From Anolis carolinensis (taxonomy: Eukaryota): DNA of 64,000 nucleotides. Both the position numbers and the translations under genes were made by a program. The notes under the pieces are model-generated. The model was not told where the DNA came from. It made no database searches and was given only the letters and a program-made list of their open reading frames with translations. The stretch lies in the NCBI RefSeq assembly GCF_035594765.1, contig NC_085841.1, positions 55,907,636 to 55,971,635 on the forward strand, given 5' to 3'. Shown here one piece after another: positions 50,059 to 63,304 of this stretch. Numbering within the stretch: the stretch's first letter is position 1; the number at the start of each line of letters is the position of its first letter.

Positions 50059-50636
50059 TTATTTATTTATTTTATTTTTCAAACTTATATGCCGCCACTC
50101 CCCTAGGGCTTGGAGCGGCTTACAAGAACCAGCTAAAATCAACAATGTAAAAAACATCTTAAAAACATCTTTAAAAAACATCTTAAAAAACATCCTAAAA
50201 GCACCTTTTAAAACATCAACAACAGAACTCAAAAGCCTGCCGAAACAGATGTGTCTTACATGCCCTGCGGAAGGCCGACAAGTCCCGCAAGGCACGAACT
50301 TCAGGTGGCAAGGTGTTCCAGAGAGATGGCGCCACTACTGAAAAGGCTCTGCGTCTGGTTGTTGTTAGATGTCTTGAAACTGGGGACTTCCAACAGGTCT
50401 TGGTCCTTAGAACGGAGGGATCTCTGGGGTTTGTAGGGAGTGAGGCGGTCCCTCAGGTACATTGGCCCTAGACCATGTAAGGCCTTGAAGGTAAGCACCA
50501 TCACTTTGAAAGTGATCCGGTGCTCAATTGGTAACCAGTGCAGCTGCTGTAAGATTGGTGTTATGTGGCATCTTATTGGGACTCCCGCAAGGAGCCGGGC
50601 AGCTGCATTTTGCACCAATTTGAGCTTCCGGATCAC
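50059..50636 (-). mobile_element. L2 LINE 3' fragment
   Basis: KLKLVQNAAARLL...HITPILQQLHWLPIEHRITFK; (TAAA)n tail. Confidence 0.9.
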
Positions 50637-51488
50637 CGAATTAGAAATACAGAAGATGAAATTTTCACTACAACTTGGTTTAGGATGCAATTGCTAAGTG
50701 AATAGAAGTATTTTACATGTAAGAGAAGATTGAGGTGTGCCCGGGGAGGAAAGAGTGCAGATATGCCAAAAGCTCTGCACTCTTTCAGAAAGATCATTAA
50801 AATAGCTTCTACTATTCCTTGTGGGAAGCTTGATAGCCCTATAATGGACTTCTGCTAATGGCAAGATTGGCTGGATAATTGCCAAATGACTTTAAAAGGC
50901 TGTAATTCTTTAGCAGGCCAGTTGTGCAATTATCAGATTAGGAAGAAGAAGGTGAATTATCTTCTACAACAGCATTTCCCTGAGTGCAATGGTACCATGC
51001 AGATGGTTGGACTACAACTCCCATAACCTCAAACAATCTTGGCCCAAATTACCTACTATAGATGGAAAACCACCAGATGAAGAAAGGTGTTTCTAAAATA
51101 TTCAAAAAGGTTTTAAAAGAAAATATTTTTGAGCTTTTAGTTGTGAATCTATGTATTTTGTTTCATTACTGTATCCATCAATTATGTTACTGTCATGATT
51201 TGTATATAAAGTTGTCTTTAGTAAAATTAGTTTTGTGTCCCCTAGCATTCTACCATTCTCAGACCAGCTTTTTTTTTGGGGGGGGGGGGGGGTTCAGGTG
51301 CAGCCTTCAGCTGTAAATAGGTTTGAAAAAGGTTGCAAGTCCTCCCCATACTGTTTTACATAAAAAGTACCACCACCCCCTCTCTTTTTTAGAAATAGGA
51401 CTTGACTTCTGCACACTTTGGGTATTGGACATTCCATAACCTATTGCAAAACATATTATTGCATAAGCTATTGGAACATAATTGCTAT

Positions 51489-52238
51489 TGTGGTTCAGCC
51501 TGATGATGAAGAAAGGGGATTTGGGGAACAACAGTTTGTCCCTGGGAATGTGGACGTTTCTGAAATGCAGTTTGAACAGCAGTCTGTCCCTGGGAATGTT
51601 GATGTTTCTGAAGTGCAGGTGGATTCGGAAAGTGTTGATAGCTTAGAAAAACAGAGGTCTGTGGATGCCTCTGAGTCTAGCAGAGATGCTGCCAAAGTTT
51701 GCGATAAGGATGACCTTTCACTTGAATCTGAGAATTGTCAACAGAATGGAGATGGGAACGAAGAGGATGAGTTTGTGTTAGATAGGGATTCCAGGTTGAA
51801 ATTAAAATCAGGACTCAGATGCTCCGTGAGAATCAGAGGCAAGCGTGGGGGGGGGGGGGGGTAGAGCTCAAAGGAATATGTTTTTCAATTGCAATGAGGT
51901 TTTAAAGTAGATGTTTCTGGGGAGAGATTTTAGTCAGAGCAACCTCGCTTTTGGAGAATCAACTCTTGCCTTGTTCAAGCCTCGAATCTGTGTTTGGATT
52001 ACTTTTGAAGCTCATGTATTCATGTTACCTTGGATTTCCTGTGCTATTCCTGGATTTTGGACTAATATCTACGAAATTATTGAACTGTGTTTAAGGATTG
52101 CACTTGCAATTGGTTTTTACTTATTTTTCTGCTTTTTAATAAGTTTTGCTATCTTTCTTCAATAAACTGAAAAGACTCAAGCCTGCTGTGGTGGAGTTTG
52201 TGTGTTGGAGCAAGGTGAACTAACGCTGAGGTGCGACA
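51489..52238 (+). mobile_element. Probable solo LTR
   Basis: TGT...ACA ends with imperfect inverted termini, AATAAA at 52161, internal 39-bp tandem duplication; no TSD found. Confidence 0.55.
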
Positions 52239-53451
52239 ACTGCACCCAGTCTAAGGGCACATATCCTTTTGGCAAATATGAATCTCCATTAATATGTGGA
52301 GACCACCTTTAGCAAACAGTTGAAGTTATCCAAAAGATATACACTCCCTTTAAAGCTCTTAGTTAAAATATGCACTCAGAGATAAAAACAAAGTCTTCTT
52401 TGAAAAATAACTTATCTTGCATTAATTCACCATACTGGCACATTTCTTAATAAAGTTCAATTACAGATAGGATATAGTTGTTCTCTTTGTTGAGAACACA
52501 GGGTATCAGTCTTAATCAATAGTCCATAGTCTTTAGTATAACTATGCTTACTGAAGTCCATAAGTAAATATTGAAGTTTCTAAACTGACTTCTCCACTGA
52601 AGTCCAAATAGCAACTTGTATGCATCCACCTCTTCTGAGGTCTAAACAGATACTGAATACAAAATGGAGTTCTGAGTCTGTGCATGCCCAGTACAATCAT
52701 GTCTACAACTCCTCCCACACCGAGGAGTCAAATCAACATACATATAGAACTCAGGCTACTAAATGTATACATTAACAAATAAATAGTGAGCAGCTTGGTA
52801 GGTTGCTATTTCCAACATTGGGGTATTTGTTTTATTGTTATTAATTGTCCATGTAGCCCCTCCCTGGAGGGTCCCATAACATCAACATGGTCACTTAACT
52901 TGCCCCAATTGTTCACCTTATGTTAGAGGGACTTTAACTAGTTTTCTTTTGCAATGCCAATTATGAGCCACAACACAACTAGTATTTTCTAACAAATAAA
53001 AACTCCAAAATATTGTCTTGCTCTGTGACATTAAAACAAATCAATTTATAAATTCCATGGTTACATATTGAAAGAATAGAGAAAAAGTAACAGTAAATGG
53101 CACACTTTCAATTTTCAAGAAGCATTGACTGCAGAGGAGCTTGGCAATTGCCTGATGCAGTTGTTTATATAGTCTGCTTCAACAACCCATCTGGGAACTT
53201 AAGTCAGCACTTCAACATAATAGAAGACACAGCATCCAAATGTATTATATCAAGGGACATTCTAATGAAAATACTTTTCTTTTTTTCTTCTTATTTATGT
53301 TTCGTTTTTTATTCAAACATACTGTCTATTTGTCTATCCATGTGTCATTACTGTGGTTCTCATGATCCCTCATCCTTGGCTGTGCTGGCAAGGACTGATG
53401 GGAGTTGTTATTTAACAGCATCTGGAGAGCTGTCCACTCCTGTCATATCTC

Positions 53452-53485
<34 letters not shown>

Positions 53486-54407
53486 GTATATCTTGTCTTT
53501 TCCTCAACTTTATATAATTTATAACATCATAGACTGATATAACTATCTGGTCCACCAGAAGATCAAATCTACTGGACCAAATTCTTCTGTGGGGTTGCTG
53601 GTACATAGATCAGTTAAACACTACTTCACCATAACAGAGTCTATAACACAAAGTGACAAAGAGATGGATGGAATAGCTTCTTGATAATGGTGATGTCAAA
53701 ATACTAAATTAATGAAGGTCAGAGGCTAAATCAATATATTGGAAACAGACAGGCATATTCTCAATTCTGTATTAGAGCTGATTTGACACATACAACAATT
53801 ATGTCCCCCAAATCAGGATCAATTTATCATCTGGAAATTACACAGGTATAAAATGTATTTTGTCTGCAAAACGATGTATCTGTTGGTTTGGCTCCAGGAA
53901 CCATGTAGAATCCATGAATACAGAGTACTAACTGCACTGGGTGACACCTCAACAACATCTGGAGAGGGCACACAATTCCTGTCCCTGCAGTGGGCAATTA
54001 AGGTAACCAGGCATAAGGACAATGCATGCTTGTATCTCGATGTGACATGATCAGTGGTAGGGAAACAGGATTTTCAAGGGAGTTTAGATGCAAAACCATA
54101 AATATGAAGGTAACATCAAAACAAAATAAATCCTGGAAAGTTTTGATACTTCCAGGGATTTCCCCCCATTTCTGGATTTGTTTGTTTGTTTTCTTTGGTC
54201 TTGTTGAAGAGCCTTGGCTAATTTTCTATTTGCCTTTTTTTTAAAATTATCTGTAGTAAATGTATCTGTTTATGAGTCTCTGTGTGATTTCAGTAGCAAA
54301 ACATATCTTCTCAACACCATTTATTTCTAATAGTTTTGGAGCAGAGGCAGCTTGTGTCATCAAAATAGAAAAAGCAGATTATTGACTAGATTACGAGTAG
54401 CTCTCCA

Positions 54408-55620
54408 CATAGAATTATAGAGTTAAAGAGACACAAGAGCCATCCAGTCCAAACCCCTGCCATGCAGAAGCACTCCCAACAGATGGCCATCCAGCCTTTG
54501 CTTAAAAACCTCTAGAGGAGATTCCACCACACTCCGAAGCAGTATATTCTACTGCCAAATAGCTCTTACTCTAATGAAGTTCTTTCTAATATTTAGGTGG
54601 TATCTTTTTTCCAACAATTTGAATCATTGTTCCACGTCCTTGTCTCCGGAGCAGCAGAAAACAAGCTTGCCCCTTCTTCAATATAACATCTTTTCTTTTT
54701 TTATTTTATAATTTTTATTAAGTATTTTTGCATACAGGTTTAAAATAGTGGGGTTCAAAAATGGGAGAGGAAAGTAGGGGGGTAGGGATGAGGGGGTGGG
54801 GCTGGGTGCGAGGATATAGAAGAGGGGGGGAGGAAAAAGGGGAAAGGAAGATAAACAAAAGCAGAGGGGGTGGGTTTTAGGAGGGGGGAGGGGGAGGGGG
54901 CTAGAGAGAGGTTCGGGAAAGTCGTTTGAGTCTTTGGATGTCAGAGAGTAGTCCCGTTGTGGTGTCGGCTATTCCATGGGTAACTGTCCCTTTGGGTGTG
55001 GGGGTCCGTTTGCCTCCTGAAAACAAGCTTGCCCCTTCTTCAATATAACATCTTTTCAAATATTTAAAAATGGGTCTCATGTCCCCTCTCAAGTCTTCTT
55101 TTCTCTCAGATGTTCCTTGTAGAGTTTGGTTTTCAAACCTTTTAGCATTTTGATTGTCCTCCTCTGGACGTGTTCCAGCTTGTCAATATCCTTCTTGAAT
55201 TGCGATGCCCAGAAGTGGACACAGTGAGGTCTGACCAAAGTGTAGAATAGTGAGAACTTGACTATCCTCTATCTTGACACTATACTCCTACCGAAGCAGC
55301 CTAGATTTGGATTGGTTTTCAGCTACCACATTACACTGTTGGCTCAGGTTCAGCTTGGTCTTATCTACTCAGGCTGGATCTTCACTGCCCTATATGCCAG
55401 GATCTGATCCCAGATTGTCTTATTTGAACTGGATTATATGAGTCTCCACTACCAGATAATCTGGGATCAGATCCTGGGATATAGGGCCGTCTGGAAGAGG
55501 GCCCAGACTCCTAGATTCCTTTCACATGTTCTGTTTTTAAGCCAAGTGTCACCCATCCTATATCTGTGCATTTCATTTTTATTACCGAAGTATAGTACCA
55601 TACATTTCTCCCTGAGCAGA
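54408..55620 (-). mobile_element. CR1 3' region, interrupted by an L1-type tail and a Harbinger-like MITE (about 55372-55504)
   Basis: CR1 tail at left; RGDMRPIFKYLK...EEGASLFS coding remnants. Confidence 0.85.
54696..55018 (-). mobile_element. L1-type 3' UTR fragment with 39-bp TSD
   Basis: Pyrimidine-rich 3' UTR, AATAAA and A-tail on the minus strand; flanked by identical 39-mers. Confidence 0.75.
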
Positions 55621-56686
55621 TTTGATTTTTGCCAGATGTGATTATTTGCAGATTTCTCTAGAGTTCTCTCTAGGAATCTCTAATTCCTCCAGTATAACTT
55701 TATAGTCAACTTCTGAGATTCCTAGAGTACACAGCACTCTAGGGATCTCAACAGTGCAGCAAATGTCTGATTGGTATTATGGCTCATCTGCAAGCTAGGG
55801 AGTAAAGTCCTGCCACTAGTTCTTGGGTCTCAATCTTTCGTGCCCAGAGAGATTGGTCCTCAAAGTCAAATGGAAACCAAGGTCAAACACTGACAGAAAA
55901 AGAAGGCAGTGGCCCAAGCTGAAGATTAATCATAGTAAGAGAGGCCTAAAGCATGAATGAAACCAATTAATCTCTTATTGGAAATCTTCCAACCATGAGC
56001 TCATTCTTGATTAATTAGGAATTAAGAGGAAACGTCTTCTAAGTGTATTACATTAGTTTGGCACTTACACATTTGCTCACTTCTAAAGCTCTTTCTGATA
56101 TTTAGTTTTTGTTATATCCCAGTGATTTCCAAAGTTTGGTGCTCCAGGTGTTTTGGAATTCTGCTCCCAGCAGCCTCAGCCACTTTGACCAATGGTTGCT
56201 TTGATCAATGGTCAGCAATACTAGGAGCTGCAGTACTCAAAAGGTCCTACATAATTTGCACGTGAGTGCCATTTCAAACACATATTTCAAGGTAAAATAA
56301 AGTGACTGCAGTTTTATTTTGAAGAGAACACACTGCACATGCAATGTGGCATTCCCACTGCTACTAATAAACCTTGGTAGCTTGTCTCATAAAAATATTA
56401 AAAGCCTTTTGGGGTGAGCCATGGTAAGATAGCTCAGTTGTTCTTAACAGGGCTGCATACAAACAAGCAGAAAGAGGACTCACAAGAAAAATCCAATGAA
56501 TGTTTAATGAGAACTAATTATAAAAAATATGAGTACCTAGTCAACATGCACCATAAATGCATTCTCAAGGAAATGCATCCCCTGTTAATTTAGGATGCTG
56601 GGATTCTATTAAAAACAACATACATACTTGGTATTTGGGAGAATGCCCATGTCAAACATATATATATAATCTGCCCTCTCAAAACA

Positions 56687-57066
56687 TATAGAGTTCCGGT
56701 TAACCGAGTTCTGGTTAACCGAAACTCTGTATTATTTGAGGCGCCAACGAGGGGCGCCCCTCCCTCTCCTCCTTCTCCTGAGTTCGAGAGAAGGGGAGAG
56801 GGAGGAGGAAGCGCCCCGCGATCGCTGCTGCCTAGCAACGCTCGCGGGGTGCTTCCCAAGGGACAAGGGCTCGCCAAGGAATGTCCCTTGGCGAGCTCTC
56901 ACCCCTTGGGAAACACCCCACGAGCGTTGCTAGGCAGCAGCGATCGCAATGCACTTCCCTAAACCGGATTGCCAGGAGGGATAACAGGGCCTCCCTATTA
57001 CCCAAGAAGTTCTGGTTATCTGAGATTGGGTCTGCCCCTTTATCTCGGATAACCGGAACTCTACTG
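56687..57066. mobile_element. Tigger/mariner-like MITE with GC-rich internal palindrome
   Basis: TAGAGTTCCGGTTAACCGA / TCGGATAACCGGAACTCTACTG|TA. Confidence 0.75.
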
Positions 57067-57317
57067 TATCAGGCAAATATATACAGTAGTCAGCATGGAT
57101 TATGTCAATGGGTATAGCTGGGATGGGCTTGCCCCCCAAATAAACATTGTTTCCATTCTGATTAATGAGTGAGCCAAGATGTAGTAAATGTACATCAGTT
57201 CAGGTCATTTTTTGGGTTTTCTATCAAAGGTTTTCTATATTTTTTTACTTAACTTTAATCAGTAGTCTTTCCAAATCTTTTGTTATTTTCTGCTAGTAGT
57301 ATGGCATCATCCGCATA

Positions 57318-58648
57318 CAAGGGTTAAATGAAAAGTAATGTCTCCACCTTCATAACTTGGGTTTGGATGGGAATATTTTAATAAATCAAACACAGAAATA
57401 GTCCTTAGAATGTGCTCTACTACCACTATTCACTTTTCCACATAATCACCAGACAATTGGATACATTTCTGCCAACGATGAGCAAGTTTTCTGAAGCCGA
57501 CACAGAAGAAGTCAACACTCTGTTTCTGCAACCAGCATCTCACAGTTCTCTCAACGTCTTCATCAGAAGCATAATATCCCCGCAGATCTTCTGTCATTAT
57601 CGGGACAGATGGAAGTCAGATGATGCTAAATCTGGACTGTATGGAGGATGCCATACGGTGGTGAGATCCAGTCTCTGAAGTTCTGCTGTGGTGGCACGTG
57701 AAGTGTATGGTCTGGCATTCTCATGCTGCAGGAAAACGTTTTCCTTTTCCTTTCAGACCTTTGTTAGCCGTCGTTTCAAAGTTCGCAGCATTGTGATGTA
57801 ATGCTCTGAATTTATTGTTGTTCCACGTTCAAGGAAATCAACATGGATAACACCATCTGCATCCCAGAACACTGTTGCCATGATTTTTCCAGCTGAGGGC
57901 TGTGTCTTGAATTTCTTTTTCTGAGGCAAGTCTTTGTGTCGATATTCCATAGACTGACACTTCATCTCAGGTTGTAATGGTGTACCCACATTTCGTCTCC
58001 TGTCACAATTGAATGGAGAAAGGCATCACCTTCATTCTTGTAAGGCAAGAGGAGTCCCTGGCAAATCAAGTCTGTGCGCTTTCATTTCAGGCGTCAGCAT
58101 CCTGGGTACCCATCGTGCACAGATTTTCCGATAGCCAAGCAAAGCAATAATATGACCCACATGTTCTTGTGAAATGCCGATTATGCTTGAAATTTCTCTC
58201 TGAGTGATACGACGATTGTCCTGAATCAATCTGTCAACCTTTTGCTGTGAAACTCGGTGGTTGCTGTCACAGGATGTCCAACTCTTTGTCACGCAAGTCA
58301 GATGTTCCCACTTCAACATCTTTAAATTTACTCGCCCAACAACGCACAGTACTCTCATCAACACAATTACCATAAACAGCTTGCATTCTCTGATGAATCT
58401 CCTTTGGGGTGACACCTTCTGTTGTCAAGAATTCAATGACTGCACATTGCTTAAGTCACATTGACTGATCGTCTGCACAGGGTTCCATACTTCACACTTT
58501 AACAACACAACTGTTCAATGCTAAGGCTTCCTGCCAAATGAAACTGTAGAGGAGAGTCTACTGAACAAGCCAGTACCTGCCGCATACCAGTACTGCCATC
58601 TGTTGAGAAGTTATGAAGGTGGAGGCATTACTTTTCATTCAACTTTCA
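57318..58648 (-). mobile_element. Near full-length decayed mariner transposon (~1.33 kb)
   Basis: About 40-bp TIRs with TA flanks; WVPRML, SAGKIMATVFWD, HENAR and YSPDLASSDFHL motifs, frameshifted. Confidence 0.93.
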
Positions 58649-59332
58649 TATCTTAAATTGTTGATGTTCCTTCTCCCATTTTTCATGCCTACTTCCTACA
58701 AGCTTTATGTATATGTTCAGCATACTAGTTAAATAAAGAGGGTGGTAAAATGCAGCCTCGTCTGACCTTAGCAATGGTAAACCTTTTTGTGTGTCCTAAC
58801 AGCAGCCTCTTGCAATGAACAATACTTCCACAAAGAAACTATATTCTGTAAAACTTAATTATTTGTATTTGTAAACAGAAAAATACCATTATAGTTACAT
58901 AAAACATATTAAATATCTGTAGATGGCAATGTTTTTGTTTTGTGCCCTCGTGCTTTACCTGAATGTGGAAAACACTACCTTTATTGCTCAGGAAATATGT
59001 ACCAATAGAATATTAATAAGTACATATTGATTTTAAGTGAGGAGAGTATAGGATTTATGAAAGCTGCCATTATTGGCAAAAAAATTATAAAACAGCTTCT
59101 GTTCCCGTCAATAAATATGCTTTCTTTGATATCTAGAGACAACTTCCCAACAACAGCAAAAAAAAAAAAAAAAAAACCCAAAAAACCCCAATGAAATAGT
59201 CACATCTGGTGAAAGATGTGAGCTGCTCACTACGGAAAACAAAAAAAACCTTAGTACAATACTCTATGTAGACCAACGCAGGAATTGAATGAACTAGAAT
59301 TCAACGAGAATATAGCGTCTCTGCAACCTAAT

Positions 59333-59418
59333 TGTCTTTTAAAAAAACCTGAAGAAGGGCTCGACCCGAAACAAAGAAAAAAAACCCGGGACTCTTTGTC
59401 GTGCATCCTTTTAAGACA
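59333..59418 (+). ncRNA. Type I hammerhead ribozyme candidate
   Basis: CTGAAGA 59349-55; stem II GGG/CCC; GAAA 59368-71; 7-bp stem III ACAAAGA/TCTTTGT; GUC triplet 59398-59400; interrupted stem I closed by TGTCTT/AAGACA. Confidence 0.65.
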
Positions 59419-60148
59419 CAACAAACATTTCTCATATCAGAGACTTCCTTCATTTCTACTTACCAACCTCCTCCTCATATGCAGAAAAGCAAAAGAAGAC
59501 AACCACTTGCAGCATACTGCACAACTATAATATTGTTATAGAAAGTCGCAAAAGAGTGAATTGAACTCTAACTATTTTGTTACTTATACATATATGAGTA
59601 AAAGCTTAACCCTGTACTATATGCTTTAAGCAGTAGAGTGTATTAAACTCAAACTGTTTTGCTATATGTACACATACTTGTGAGAATTTAATCCTGTAAT
59701 ATCTATTTTAGAAATACTACACTGCTGCGTTTAATATTTTGTTGGATATATATATGCATAATATTACTGTGATTTAACAGACACAACCTTGTTTACCTCC
59801 TCAAAAACTGACCTAAGTACATCCAAATCTGTTTTTGTCAGATCATTGGTTGTAAGATATTGTTTTTACAATGAAACTAGACCATACCCATATTCAAATA
59901 CAACTTATATTTTTTGTTTTTAAATGGAAAACAGGTTAGATGTTCCACCTGGCATTCCATTGTAACTTTTAACCTATCTTCTTTTCCTGTGATATTCTAT
60001 CTCTGGAACACACAGTGGCTGTTATGGATACCAAGAATACAGCTCCTGAAAGAGATGGTACTATCATCTTAAGGAGCGAAGCTCTAGGACTTATTGACAT
60101 GGGTCAAAAGATCCATACTCGCTATGAATGTGCTACTGGCAGTCTTCA

Positions 60149-60878
60149 CAACAACAACAACAACAACAACAACTTTATTCTTATATCCCGCCCCATCTCC
60201 CCAAGGGGACTCAGGGCGGCTTACATGGGGACCAGGCCCAACAATATACAATAAAATAACAATATAAAATACAATCCAATCACAACAAATTAATACATCA
60301 ATATTATAAAAACACAACAACACATAAAAGCATAGCCAGTGGCCAAGGGTGACATGATAGCACTTCAATCTTTAGTCTTTGGGGAGAGGAATAAAATTAT
60401 AGTTGTGCAAAATATTAGAAGTACTAATAACATGGGGCAGAGACAAAATGCAGAAGGCTAGGATATAGGTGGAGAGGACTCAATCAACTATTCATCTTAA
60501 TCAAAGGTGGCTTGAAAAAACCAGATTTTCAATTTTTTTTTCAGAATGAGATCAGTGGCAGCTAGTTTAATTTCTCTTGGAAGATAGTTCCTGAGCCAAG
60601 GGGCAATGGCCGAGAAGGCCCTCTCCCTCGCCCCCACCAATTGTGTTTGAGAAGATGGTGGGAGCGAGAGAAGGGCCTCCCTGGCAGATCTTAAGGTTCG
60701 TACAGGTTCGTAATAGGAGATGCGACCACGAAGATCGGCTAGACCTGAGCCGTTTAGGACTTTATAGGTTATAACCAGCCCTTTGAACTGGGATAGGACA
60801 TTTATTGGCAGCCAGTGGAGCTGTTTCAATAGGAGGGTAGTCCTCTCCCTATAATTTGCTCCCGTTAGCAACCTGGCA
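60149..60878 (-). mobile_element. L2 LINE 3' fragment
   Basis: LLKQLHWLPIN...RERAFSAIAPWL...LKIWFFQATFD*; same 3' stem as the 13950 copy; microsatellite tail. Confidence 0.9.
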
Positions 60879-60879
60879 A

Positions 60880-63303
60880 CTGCTTACTGCTGGACCCCTG
60901 TTGGACGGCCTTGCTAGGCTGGAGAGACCTGTTGGGCTATTTGGTTGCTGCTGGAGGCTGTTCGATCGGTTGCAGCCTAAGGGGCTGGTTGGTTTGCGAG
61001 GCCAGAGTGCGGAGTAGGAGCGGAGCCCTGAGGCGACGGCAGTGGTGGTCAGTAGAGAGGGCCGCTCTGCGGAGCTGGCGGGCTGGCCCACTCGACTGCT
61101 ATTAGAACTTTTGGCGAGGGCCGTAGGGGGATAACATTAACAACAAACTCCCAGCCGTGGTGGCTTGGAGGTTCAGCCTCCAGATATCCCTCTTTTAACT
61201 TAATATCAGAATAATTCAAGGTTACACCAGTACTGAGTGTCTGTCCACAGAATCTACAGAGTCCCATTTATTGTGTACACATTGCTGCCATAATAACTGT
61301 AAAGCCTGGTGTAAAGGCCTAATAACGACTAAGGCTCTCTCAGGCAGGGGGGAATCTGTTTTATCCCACCACTGCCACCACTGAGTAAAGGAGGGTAGCC
61401 TAGAAGACCCAATTAATAACGAATAGATGTTCCAAATAATAAAAGATAACTGCCACCGATTAGTGGAAATGCAGCCACCACTGTGTAGAGAGACACCTTT
61501 AGATTATAAAAGTACTCAGCCACCCAATAGCTCAGAGGAAGCCTTTTACTTTATTCGGTGTTAAAATGGTAGCACAATCGTGCTGAGGGAGTCTATAGAC
61601 GACAGAGGCTTTGATGTTGAAAGAACAATATCAAGTTTATTCAGGCACAAGCTTGGTGGTTACAAAAGATGTTTCACTTAGAGGTATTCTTATTAACAGT
61701 TACAATACTAGAATGAGATGAATCGAACTCTCTAAAGTATCACTTCTTTTACTTAAAGTAGTTAAAACTTCTTCCTCTGCTTTTAAACTGTTACTTCAAT
61801 GGATCTCTGAGAGTCCAGCTGGGATTGGTTCCCAAAGTCTGAAACTTGGACTATCCAGTGACTTCAAACCACAGTCACCCCCGTAATATACTATCACAGA
61901 TTCTCTGTGCCTTTCCAGGACACAGACTATATTAAATAAGTCACCAAACTTATTTAAAACCGACTCAAAATGAACAATTGAGTCTCCTTGATCCCATCAA
62001 CCTGGAATCAATCTTACCTGTGCCTCATCAGAGCACAGACTGAGGCTTCACTTTTAAAAAACCTCTTCACTTCTCCTCCCCTCGGCAGATGGCTCTCCCC
62101 ACATCTCCATGGCAACCGTCTCAGAGGAGAGCCACTAAATGGCTGCCGCCGTCTGATACCTACCTAACCAAACCACAAGCACATAGTTAAACACAACAAA
62201 CATGAATACAAAACTCATACTTCATTACACCTGGTCCTCTTGTTCGACCTATTAAGTTTATCACCCTAAGTGGTCCTAATTGGCACCATATAAAATCTAT
62301 ATTGTACCATACTGAATTAATTTTATTATCATCATCCCTTCTGCCTGCCTTGCACTTTAGTCATCTGACCCAATACCTATGCTGCTCATGCACCCTCTGC
62401 ACTTTACAACTGCACTTGCACTTTGTATTGTTGGAGGGGGGTGGGGGAGGCTGGAGTATTATGAGGACTGCGGGGCAGAAGGAGGGAATGGGTATGAAAG
62501 GATGCCAATTTATAATAGAGAAATAATAAATCAAATAACATCGTCCGGACCAGGGGAAGTGGAAGAGAGAGGACAGCATGCCAGGGGAGGGGAGTGTTCC
62601 GATGGGTGGGGAGCCCCTATTGAGGTGGTGTCGGGGAGGGGGAGATACGGGAAAGGGAGAACAATAAACTCAATTCGGCCTAGGGTTTTTAGTAGGACAT
62701 TAATAGTTCCAAAACGGTCTCCTGACATAGCTAATCTGCGTAGCCAGGATGGCAGCCCCTCCAGATTAAAGGTGGTGCTGTTTAATGCCAGGTCAGTGAA
62801 CGGGAAGTCATCTTTAATCCAAGATCTCATCTTGGATGAACATGTAGACCTGGCATGTATTACAGAGACCAGGCTAGACAAGATGGGAGGAGTTAATCTC
62901 ACCCAGCTCTGCCCACCAGGTTACTCCGTACAGCACCAGCCTAAATCTGGAGGGAGGGGAGGTGGGGTCGCGGTGGTCTATAAGGATTCCATCCCCCTGA
63001 CCAGGTGCCCCGTCCCACAGTCGACCATGTTTGAATGTGTCCACTTGAGGGTGGGAGACCGGAACAGATTAGGAATTCTGTTAGTGTACCGACCACCCCG
63101 CTGCACCACAGTCTCCCTGCCTGAGGTGGTCTCGGGCCTGGCATTGGAGTCCCAGCAGCTCATAGTGCTGGGGGACTTCAATGTCCATGCTGAGACTAAC
63201 CTCTCAGGTGCAGCTCAGGACTTCATGGCCGCCATGGCAACCATGGGGCTGTCCCAATTAGCAAAAGGGCTCTACCCACAGTGCGGGACACACACTAGAC
63301 TTA
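60880..63303 (+). mobile_element. L2 5' region: probable 5' UTR plus APE endonuclease ORF (62379-63317)
   Basis: LFNARSV, LACITET, GRGGGVAVVYK, LVYRPP and LGDFNVH motifs; assigning 60880-62380 to the 5' UTR is inference. Confidence 0.7.
61579..62229 (-). mobile_element. Probable solo LTR inside the L2 5' region
   Basis: Minus strand starts TGTAATGAAG, with AATAAA about 60 bp from the other end; no TSD found. Confidence 0.5.
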
Positions 63304-63304
63304 T

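Noticed and set aside
51418-51864. 148-aa acidic ORF with an internal repeat
   Set aside because: Mostly inside a probable LTR, non-ATG start, no recognisable domain.
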